Positions 49,596 through 60,562 of a DNA stretch of 64,000 bases are shown piece by piece. The stretch lies in assembly GCA_964106645.2 (NCBI GenBank), contig OZ067045.1. One strand, 5' to 3'. How positions within the stretch are numbered: position 1 is the first letter of the stretch; every line of letters begins with the position of its first letter. The position numbers were made by a program, and so were the translations under genes. This DNA comes from Podarcis pityusensis (Eukaryota). Under the pieces are notes generated by a model that was not told the DNA's origin, did not search any database, and was given only the letters and a program-made list of their open reading frames with translations.

Positions 49596-50111
49596 AACAG
49601 GGCAGTGTGTCTCCTCCCACACTTCCCTCCTTGCAGCCTGACATCACTGCAGTTCCTGCTGCTCCCAGGGTGAGTCAAAGCCACACAGCCATGGAGAGGC
49701 AAGAGAAGGAAGCCCTGCCTCTGGAGGAGGCGGGGAAGAAAGAAGACACATCAGGAAGACAGAGAAGACTGTCTAAGAACTTCCAAGAATGTCAACCGCT
49801 GGGTTATTTTTCTCTTTAGCCAAAATATCACAGCCCTAGAACAAGAACAGAAGCCTTCATTCTTTCAGAACCCAAAGCTTCAACATAGGTCCACTTCAAA
49901 TTTTTCTTAGCATATATAGTAGTAAATGCTAAAGTCCAAGAACTTATGACAAAACCCAGCCCCCCAAGCAGTAGAGCACCTGCTTTGCATGCAGAAGGTT
50001 CCAAATTCAGTCCAGGTAGGGCTGGCAAAAACTCCTCCCTGAAAATCTAAAGGACTGTCATCACCAATCCATGTATGCTGAGCAAGATGGACCAATGATA
50101 TGACTCAAGTA

Positions 50112-50337
50112 CAGTGGTACCTTGGGTTACATACGCTTCAGGTTACACACTCTGCTAACTCAGAAACAGTGCTTCAGGTTAAGAACTTTGCTTCAGGATA
50201 AGAACAGAAATCGGGCTCCGGTGGTGCGGCAGCAGCAGGAGGCCCCAATAGCTAAAGTGGCGCTTCAGGTTAAGAACAGTTTCAGGTTAAGAATGGACCT
50301 CCGGAACGAATTAAATACTTAACCTGAGGTATCACTG
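50112..50337. mobile_element. Tigger/mariner-like MITE, copy 2 (inverted relative to copies 1 and 3)
   Basis: TIR CAGTGGTACCTTGGGTT / AACCTGAGGTATCACTG, TA TSD. Confidence 0.85.
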
Positions 50338-50339
50338 TA

Positions 50340-50479
50340 CAGTGGTGCCTCACAAGACGAAATTAATTCGTTCTGCGAGTTTTTTCGTCTTGCGAAGCAC
50401 GGTTTCCCATAGGGTATTAACGGTTTTAAGAAAAAGGAAACAAACTTGCAAGACGTTTTCATCTTGCCTTATACCACTG
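50340..50479. mobile_element. Second mariner-like MITE of a different subfamily, abutting copy 2
   Basis: Starts CAGTGGTGCCTC directly after the shared TA at 50338-50339 and ends ACCACTG-TA. Confidence 0.7.
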
Positions 50480-53037
50480 TATAAGGCAGTTTTCGGTGTT
50501 CCTTTATATGACCCCAAGGTGAGTCCAGAAACGCATGCAGCTATGTGGATTTTTCTCTCTCTTTTACACACACAGCACACACACCAGTAATACTACCCAT
50601 TGCACACTACCCAGTTTATTAGGATCAGCTGACATATCCCACTTCATCTATATAAATTTGTAAAAGACAACAGTAACTCTTAACGCCTTGCCAGAGCAGA
50701 GAGTTCTCCAATTAGCCTGGCATCCTAGAGGTGAGACTTTGCGTCCCCCCACAACTAACCTGTTCTCTGCTCTGCCCATCCCACCCACCACTTTAGAGTG
50801 ACCAGATGCAAAGGAATTTACAGATCTACAGCACTGTATTTAATAACTCACTGGATCGCCCATGGCAACTAGAGGTTCCACACAGGGGAGTGAGTGGGTT
50901 GGCAAAGGGGGGGGTGGATCTCTCCATTCCTCCTCCCACCAGCCTCCACTTTGCTTCCTCTGAAGCCAGCATGGAAACCAAGTCTGTCTCTCCTCCACCA
51001 GCCTGTATAGCAGAAGGCACTTTCTTTAACAAGCCTGTTGAGAAGCTTCCTCTCCTCTGTGGTCATCATGGAAACAACAAGCTACTAATTTCCTTAGCAG
51101 GTTAGTAAAAAACACTGCATGCTAATAACTTTTGTGGGCTTATTTACAAGGCTGTTTAAATAGCTACATAAGAGGCGGAATGTTTACAGAGACAGCTTGT
51201 CATGTAGGAGTGAGAAAACCACACCTAACCATTTTTCCTCTCTACACAGCTATTGAAGATAAAGGAACTCTGCCTCCTTAGCATCTGGTCACCCCCTTTA
51301 CCTCTCTTTCCTTCTTTAAGAAAAAGCCCCACTCAGTCACCGCCAAACCACAGCCCACTCATGAAGCCCACCAACTGAAGACCAATCCCCCATAACTTTT
51401 TAATAAATGAATCTCTGAGCATGTCTAGATTGCCCTAAACACAGTGATTGTGTTCTTCATAGCACACACCCCACAACTCTGATTGTGCAGCAAGTTGTCC
51501 ATGTAAAAAGGGACAGGTCCCAGCCAAATATGAATCTCCACACCTTCCTCTTTGCAAATTAAACCACCAGTTCTGTTTCCTTATGGTCAAGCAAAGCTGC
51601 AAAGCCCCAGGCTTTGCTGGAAATGTCACTTAGTGATGCACCCAAGACATGACTATGGGTCAGAACTGAAGGGACACAGTGCCTGTTTGCCTGAGCTTAG
51701 CTCCTTCCCTTAATCTCATACACACACCTTCATTTCCACATTCTTCCTTACGGCAGAGAATTAGGTCTGTGATACAAAGAGATGTAATTTTGAATAACAG
51801 TGCTCTTGGTTGGCCTTAACAATCTGGGCAGGTTATAGTGAAGCAAGGGGAGAGCTGGTCTCTTAGCTATGGTCTCTTAGCACAGCTGTTATGGGAAGAT
51901 GTCAGAAGACAGCAATGGGGTACCACTAAACCTTACCCAGAACGCAAAGGCAACACCCAAATCCTTTCAAGTAAAAGCTTTTGTCATCCTGTAGAAGGAA
52001 AGTTCTCTCCCTGGCTGCCTTCCTGTACCATGGTATGAAATAGCTAATTAAATGGCCACTTTTACTAACAGGCCTTCTGCTTGTATGCAGCACACAGCAA
52101 TCAACTTAGTGTCCCTCTGCCTTCAGGGGCTGGAAATATATTCTGGTGCTACAAAGTGCCACAAACATCCCTAGTGCAGCTTTTCCACAGCTAGCAGCAT
52201 TGAAAACCCATTTGAACTCCAGCTAAAGCACAGTCGCCTCTAGCATGCTAAGCCAGCAGGGTTTCTCCCTCCATATATCACCTTAGATACACATCTACCC
52301 ATACCCCAAGTTTCCAGATGAGTTGGCTCACCTCCACAAACCATGCACAAACCTTTAAGTCTTGAATCCTGCGGAGAGAAAGCCAAGGCCTGACCAGTTG
52401 CCTACACCTTTTCTGTGTGAGTTCAGATTTAATCAAAAGTAGCTTTTCCCAAGGAAATAATCTTGGAAGGTGGAAAGCCCTTCAGAGAGCTCACCGTTGT
52501 CCGGAAGTAGCACAGTTAAACTCAAAACAGGCTCCTTTTGAGTTCTTTGAAGGAGTCCCCTCTACTTTCTCTCTCTCTCTTATTCACTCATGGCGCCATC
52601 TGTAGGGTGGCGATTGCATAACGACAACAGCTAGGTATAAGTAAAACTTACTTACTGAGCATGTTTTTGAGCTCACTAGAACTTTTATTCTTATATTTAC
52701 AAGAAACCCACATTCCATCCTCCTATCCATCATTGGTCACATATAGTATAAAGAATTATTTAGGTTGGATGCAAGAATGAAAAAAAGAGGGCGGGGAAGG
52801 AAACATTGTTTTGAGGTGTGATGAAAAAGGCAAAACTGGCAGTTTGTAGTAATCTTGAGATGAAGTGGAGGAGGTAGGCAAATAAATAAGATGAAGATTT
52901 AATTAGGCTGGACCAGATACCCTCAGCCTGGCACCCTCCAGACAGTGCTGGACTCCCAATTCCCATCAGAACCAGCCAGCACGGCTAATGGTCAAAACCT
53001 CTGGAGGGAATCAGGTTGGCGAAAGTATGGGCTACAC

Positions 53038-53324
53038 CAGGGTCAGCAGCCTAAGGCCCATGGGCTGGAAGCAGCCTGCAGAGGTCATTTGACTGGCCCA
53101 CAAGCCACCCCCCAACCGAGCTGCCAGCTCGTGTGCTGCGCTAAACTGGCACAGTGCGGCATGGAGATTCACTTCTGCAGCGCAGGAAATTGTGTCTGCG
53201 TAGACGCCAACGCCAAAAATCACATCTGCGCACACACAGATGCCAAAAATCACGGGTGCGCATGCGCGATCTGGCCCATGGAGGACCAATCTGGCCCAGG
53301 CAAGATAAACTTTGCTGGCCCCTG
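53038..53324. mobile_element. hAT-type MITE
   Basis: TIR CAGGGTCAGCA / TGCTGGCCCCTG; perfect 8-bp TSD GGCTACAC at 53030-53037 and 53325-53332. Confidence 0.85.
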
Positions 53325-53336
53325 GGCTACACCATA

Positions 53337-53462
53337 AAAGGTAAAGGTAAAGGACCCCTTACAGTTAAGTCCAGTCGCAGATGACTCTGGGGTTGCGGCG
53401 CTCATCTCGCTTTACAGGCCAAGGGAGCCGGCATTTGTCCGCAGACAGTTTTTCCGGGTCAT
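53337..53462 (-). mobile_element. 5'-truncated Sauria SINE
   Basis: (AAAGGT)n tail and reverse complement of the 3' half of the SINE at 9907-10239. Confidence 0.85.
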
Positions 53463-53630
53463 TCAGTTCAGTTTTTCAGGTCATTCAGTTCCGGGTCATT
53501 CAGTTCAGTGCGACAATTCTCATGTCACACCAGAGTTTATTAGAACAAAGTAGCAACGACAGGTCTTCCTTTCAAATAAAAGCCTGCAGATACTATCCGA
53601 GTTGAGCTCTTTAAGGGATGCACTTAAATA

Positions 53631-53853
53631 CACTGGTACCTCAAGTTAAGTACTTAATTCATTCCGCAGGTCCGTTCTTAACCTGAAACTGTTCTTAACC
53701 TGAAGCACCACTTTAGCTAATGGGGCCTTCTGCTGCTGCCACGCCGCGGCACGATTTCTGTTCTCATCCTGAAGCAAAGTTCTTAACCTGAGGTACTATT
53801 TCTGGGTTAGCGGAGTCTGTAACCTGAAGCGTATGTAAGCCGAGGTACCACTG
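53631..53853. mobile_element. Tigger/mariner-like MITE, copy 3
   Basis: TIR CACTGGTACCTC / GAGGTACCACTG, TA TSD. Confidence 0.85.
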
Positions 53854-56312
53854 TACCACCTAACTAATCTGTCCTGATAACTAGCCCCCTTTTGCTGACT
53901 TTTTGGTGAACATATCTGGTTACAAAGGAGGAGTGCCAGAGAAGTACATGGAGATGGAAAGCAGGAGCCCCTCGCCACCTGCCAGATCTCCGGAAAGCTT
54001 AGCCTGGGCCTTGCCTGCTCAATGCATCCAGGGCGAGATTCCCTCCATTCATCAGATTTCAGCAAAAAAGGAAAGGCGTTCCCTCTCTTCCTTGAATCCA
54101 GCCCCAATGATAGAATATTCCACTGTGATTCAGCAAAGTCCATTCCACTTCCTGCTTCTGTGCGCCTTACCTTTAAATAGCCAGCCAAATAAGAAACTGG
54201 GATGGTGGTTTTTTTTTTTTTTAAGGCGCCTTTAGTTCTTGTACCCTCATTTACTCTCCAGCCTGTGTTAGCCCAGCTTTCTTCCTCCAGTTCCCAAGTA
54301 GAGTTCAATCCTTTCAGTGTGAATCAAGGAGACCCTGATTCTCCTCTACAAAGCCACCCAAACAGTGTGTATCACCAGACACCTCATTGGCCACAACAAA
54401 TTCACTCCCAAAGCCCGTTGTGAAATACCAACACACACACACAGAGATCCATTTGGCCTCCCATCACAACCACTGACCCTTTCCAACATCATGCCCTCAA
54501 CACCCCAAATTTGACCTGTCTGTCTGATGCAGATGACTGGGTGACAACATACCTGTCAGACAGGTATTGCCAGCTTCATCGTAGCACGTGCAGCACTTCT
54601 GTATAGAGACAGGTGCTGAACACTTGGAATTCCTGTTCCCCAGCGGATGCTGAGATTAGCCAAGTTCAGGACAGAAATTCCTGAGTGATTACGTATGACC
54701 CAATCTGTATTTTGGCATTTGGTAGGATGTGGAACAAGACTCAGTGTGCCAGACCTTGGTAGCTCCCAGACTAGAAACAAAATGTTTGTTAGTATTTCTG
54801 TTATGGGTGTGTATAGAAAGTGAGGGAACAGCTGCTATCTGCTTCCAGTGTCTTCAGGAATGGCAGGAGCTAGCGAACTACCCTTTTGCAAGCTGATCGT
54901 TTTTCAGTTCCTAAACGGAAAAGAACCTTACATACATTACACGAGAAGAGCACTTCTCAGCTATAACATGCAACATTTTCTTGGATCAAATCAAACACAC
55001 CCTCTGAAGCATACTCTTTCTGTGATCATACTAACCGATGGGAGGACAGCCACAGATAGGTCTATTAGCCCTGACAGCTAAATTGAACCTTTATGTTCAG
55101 AGGCAGAATACAAATGAACACCAGTTTCTGGACAGCAAATGGCAGTGGAGAGCTGCTGCCTTCATGCCCTACTTGTGGGCTTTCCAGAAGCATCAGATTG
55201 GTGGCTGTGTACGACACGATGGTGGTGGCCTGTCTAATCCAACAGGACTCTTCTAATGTAATAAACTAGAATACTAAGAAGCCACTTGCTGGTTGCATCC
55301 TGCCTTCCTGACCTTTCCCAAGCCCAAGCATCATCCAGAAGAATGTGGCATTTCACATATTGTTGGATTCCAACTCTTAACAACTCCAGCCAGCACAGCC
55401 AATGACAAGTGATAGTGGAAGCATGGTGCAACAACATCTGGAGGATCAATGTTTTGGTATAAACATGTTGATTCTGCCCCCTTACTATCAGTAGTTTATT
55501 TATCACGGATTTATTATTTATTAATTATTTCCAACAAACCTCTTTGGATTGGGGGAGACTAAATTTTCTTTTTAAGCTAAAATAAAATTAAGGAGCTTTG
55601 TTGGGTTCCCTAAAACTCCAGTTCTCCCAAAATGGTTCAGCATTTGGGACTCAGTGGTACAGCATAGGCTTTGCATCCATAAAGTTCCAGATTTGATCCC
55701 TAGAATCTCCAGTTGGGGACTGGCAAGATTCCTGCCTGCCTGGCAGCAGATCTCCAGAACTTAATATAGAAAATACTATGCCATATAGACCAAAAGTGTG
55801 AGTCTGTATAAGGAATCTTCCTACGCTTCAGGAATGTAGTTGAACTGAAGGTTGGCAGTAGAGGGCAGTGTAGAGCAAGCCAAGCTGCTACAATCCTTGC
55901 AAGAACAAGAACCTGTTACTTCGCTCTCCCCACAATGCCTAGGGGCTCCCACAAACCACTGTTTCTAAGAACATGAACTAAGGTGCCCTCTGCCTAGAAG
56001 AAGAGGCCAAAATGGTTTTTTATAATTAGGTGAGCAGGCTGGTAGTCAATAGCTGAGTGGTAACATGGGCTATGGCCTGCCATTATTCTGTGTCTTGCTT
56101 ACTTGTTTATGGCAAAAATATTGAACTTGAATTTGGAAATTCCATTTTAGCTATCAGAACCAATGCACAGAATTCTCTTTTGCACCTCCAAAATAAGTTG
56201 CAGATCAGCTTCGGTAGCGACACATTTCCACAGATGGGCCCTCGCACACATATCTAGTTGCACAAAACCCATCTCACTCAGCCCACAGAGGCCATCCAAA
56301 AGGTAGCTAAGG

Positions 56313-56463
56313 CAGTGCTTTTTTTCTATAAAAAAGTTTAGGGGTACTCTCATTCTCCTACTCTACTCATATTGAAATACTGCCCCTCAATGAGGCCAAA
56401 CTTAGATTCACAATATGTTTAGGGGTATGCGTACGCCTGCATACCCCCAGAAAAAAAGCACTG
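56313..56463. mobile_element. hAT-type MITE
   Basis: TIR CAGTGCTTTTTTTCT / AGAAAAAAAGCACTG; diverged 8-bp TSD AGCTAAGG / GGTTAAGG. Confidence 0.75.
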
Positions 56464-59400
56464 GGTTAAGGTATCCAGAGGATGGCATATATGAGGGTAC
56501 AATGAGGGCCATGGATGGACTACTGCTTTTTCTGAATAATATTCAAACTGCAGGCTTTGTCAGGTAATCAACACGCTGGCAACGCAGTATACACCCCCCC
56601 AACCTTGAAAAACAGTTATTTAAATCAAAAGCCTTGTTTCCAGTACCTAAAAGACCACAAAAAACCATTGTTATACAAGGTTCTGCTTCAGGTTCCTACA
56701 GAGCCAAGGCCTAAGCATGTTCATGCAGATAATAAATCCCCAGGGAATTCAATGGGACTTGCTTCCAATTAAGGATGCTTTGGTTTGCAGGATAAGATTC
56801 TGATCTAAGTACCAGTGATAGGCTTAAAGAAGCTGAAAATTAAAGGAGCAATGAAACAACGATAGAAGAGAAGGCAAACTGGCTTCTTTTTTGAAAGCCT
56901 CTTTTTTATACTAGCTGGAGAAAAACAGGAGGGGGGAAGGGGGGACTATCGCAACCAGAACTAATGATGTAAATGTACATTCACATTTACATAATTTATT
57001 TTAAGTGCCAGATTTGGGCCTGCCTGCTTCACCTTGGACTAGCAGCTAATTAACCATTTATTCATAAAGCACTTTAAGGTTTTCAGATCTTTTTTTTCTG
57101 GCCATCGTTTTTTCCCATCCACAGAAGGCAGCTTTAGATTGAAACAGGCTATGCCATCTCTCTTGGGAGAACACGGTGACAGGCATGCGAGGAAGACAGC
57201 ATGCACTGAGCTGCGACTAAGGTTAATGGGCTCATGCAGACTTCCCTCCACCCCCAACACTCTTTCAGCTGGAGAAGAAGACCCTTTAAAAGAACTCCAG
57301 TGGTTCCCCCGCCCCCAGTTGAAAGGCTGCTCCCTGAAGCATCATTTGATGCTAAAAGCTTTCATTTCATTCGGGATCTCCAATGTGAGTGCAAGAAAGA
57401 ATTTATTCATGGGTAAAAAAAGAGCCTGGCACACTCTACCTCCTTCCCCATCTGCTTCTGCCCCGCCACCCCACAATCTGGGCTGCCTCATATTTAGAGC
57501 ATTTAATGCCTTCTTACTGAGGAACACAGAGTGTATATGGGAGACAAAGCAACAGTTGAAAGGAACACACAGAGGGGCAAAGCAGAGAGAGGAAAGAAAG
57601 AGTGCAATCCTATCTGTTTGAAAAGATTGGGAGATAATGAAAGAAGAAAATAAATGACTGCTTTATTTCTTACAGAGATACCTAGGAAGCCACCTTATAC
57701 TGAATCAGATCATTGGTGCATCTATCTCAGCACTGTCTAAACTGACAGGCAGCAGCTCTCCAGGGTTTCAGGCAGAGGTCTCTCCCAGCCCTACCTGGGA
57801 ATTGAACATGGGACCCTCTGCATGGAAAGCAGATGCTCTGCCACTGAGCTACGACACTTAACACTCAAACCCACCTGTCCTGCTATGTCTATACTGGGTC
57901 CTTCTCTCTTGGCCTAAAACAGCAGCTTCCAGGCTTTGTTATAGAGAAGCATGCAGGTCCTTGGAAGTTGCTTAGGGTTTCTCAATACAAACATAAATGC
58001 ACATGAGATATCCCCCCCTGCCCATCCCAGTCATATGTAATCATGTGTCTAGGAGTTATCCTCCACTTAAACAGCTGTTACTCTAGGAGAATTGCTCATG
58101 AAGCCACTGATATGTCTTCAACACACAGTCTATCGCAGCCGTCACCAACCTGGTGTCCTCCAGTCATTTTGGACTAAAACTCCCATAAGCCCCAGTCAGC
58201 ACAGGGAGATCTGGAGTCCAAAACATCTGGAGGGCACCAGGTTGGTGAAGGCTTGTTAATCAGAAGTTGAAACTTATATATTTAGTTCTATAGAAAATGT
58301 TTCAGGCTGCTTTTCAGCTATGCAGACCCTCAAAATGGCTGAAAATAAAACAATAACAACCCTTCATAAAAGAATTCATTGGTAAAACACATACTGTCCA
58401 TACTATCAGCAGCTTTATACCATATTAAACATAAACAGTCCTAGTTCTTAAAAGGCTTGGTGGAAAAATTATATTCACAGAACAGCAAGAGGGTCTTGCA
58501 AGGGAATTCTACAATGCAAGCCCCCCACCCCACAAAAAAGCTAAATTTTTGGTTGTGGTTAATCTTATTGTGGATGGTGGCGGCACCTATAGCAACATCC
58601 CTCCTTGTGAACCTTTGTTCACTGTTGCAGAATGGGGAGCGGGGAGCCACTCTGGGAATGTGTTTTGAGAGCAAGATATATCTCTGGAGAAAGCTGTTCC
58701 TGAAAGCCTGTGGCCCTCCAGATGTTACCAGGATCCAACTTCCACCAGCCCCAGCCATATAGCCCATGAAGAGGGAGTCATAGTTGAGGAGAGTCAGGGG
58801 TTCCTCAACCCTACCTTATGCCAGACCAATTACAGCAGCAATGGGGGACCAGCAGCTTTAATTTGGCTAGAAGCAAAATGATAAACCCATAAGTTGAGAA
58901 GAGAATAGGTGAAATGAACTGGAAGCGAATAGCCCTTGACACAAGCAGGGTCCACTGACAGGTAAGCTGCTGTATGGGAGGGCTGGGTGGGCTTCAGGCT
59001 TTCAATTTGCTTTTTTTAAACACACACCTACACACCCTGGGAAGAGCCACCAATTGGAGACAGTTGCAAAATATACACATTTCAAGTTAAGGACGCCTCT
59101 CAGCGCATCCCAAGCCCAATAATTCGTTCACAGCATGAGAACTGAGCTCACAGTGCTTTCACACTAAACATTCACCCCTGGTTAAAGTTTCTTCTTTTCA
59201 TCAGCCTTCCTGATGAAAAGTTGGTGATGCAGCCTCTCTGCTGTTGCTCTGGTTAGACTACTGGGAGTCAGAAAACATTACCAATCTACTATGAATGGCT
59301 CTCAGATCTACCAGCAAAGCTGGCTCTACTCTGCAACATAGGGCAAGGACACTTCAGGCTACAGATATCACCCCCCTCTCAAGGTTAAAGAGGTCCTTTG

Positions 59401-60154
59401 CCCTCTCAAATACCAAGGAACTGAAGGAACTCTTATCAATACCACACGTCTCAGGGGAAAGGCTCTTCCTTCTTCCTGATGCACACCAGCTCATTTGTTC
59501 TCATTAAATTTTAACAAGAACAGAGCTCTAGAGACAGAGGCAGTGTATGTGGTGCTCTCCATATGCTTGTAGTTCTTCAACTACATCTGGGCAGCCACAG
59601 GTCCCCCAACCCTGTAGTATAGGTTTGCTACCAGAAGACTATTCAGTGCATCTTCCTGTTTTTTATCTGCAGGGGTCCCCTGGTAATATATTCAGATTAA
59701 AAGCCCCACACCATTCTCTGTTCAAAGTTGGAAGACTAGACACAATACTGTGATACAAAATTCACCCATGCCCTGCATCTAATTTGCGGTACAAACACAA
59801 TGCTGTTATCCCCACCTGCACACCACTTCCACTTCTAAGGCTTGGTGTCCCTATTCATTTCCCCCAGAATGCTACCATGTCTTTCTTTTAGAAGCAATCA
59901 GTATTCTCGCAGCCCTGCTGCTTCCTTTCCAATCCAAAACAGGCAAAAAGGAAGACAGGTAAGAAGCAAGGAGGTTTCCAATAAACTTGGAATTTCTCTC
60001 TCTGGTTTTGCTGCCACAGGCCATTTTCGAGCCAAGTGCTATTCACAGAATTTGTACGCAATGTGTATCCACAACAGAGAGAATTGTGAGAAAGGGAATT
60101 ACCTTCTAGGGTTCACCCCCATCCCTAGCCAGTAGCACCATCTTGGTATCGATG

Positions 60155-60562
60155 CAGTGAGGAACGGTTGAAAGAACTGGATATGATCAGCCTAAGTTAT
60201 AATAAGTTAAGGAAAGACATGACTGGGATCTTCAAATATCTGAAGAGCTGTAACACAGAAAATGAAGCACTCATTCTCTCTTGCTCCAGAAGGCCAGGCC
60301 TTGAAACAAAGGCTGGGAACACAGGGAAGCAGATTTTAGCTAAGCCTTGGGAGAGACATACCAATGATATGAGCTTTCTGATAGTGGAACAGACTGCCTC
60401 AGGAAATGGTGATCTTTCCTTTTCTGGAGGCCTTTTAAGCAGCAACTGGACAGCCATCTGTCAGGGACTTTGCAGTAGTTTCACCTTGAGTTGCAGATTC
60501 TGAACTGAGGAGGGAGGTGGACTAGATGCTCTCCAAGACAGCTTCAAACTCTTATGACTCTT
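60155..60562 (+). mobile_element. CR1 LINE 3' fragment
   Basis: ERLKELDMISL..KLRKDMTGIFKYLKSC followed by a decayed CR1 3'UTR (GGACTAGATG..CAAACTCTTATGACTCT). Confidence 0.8.
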
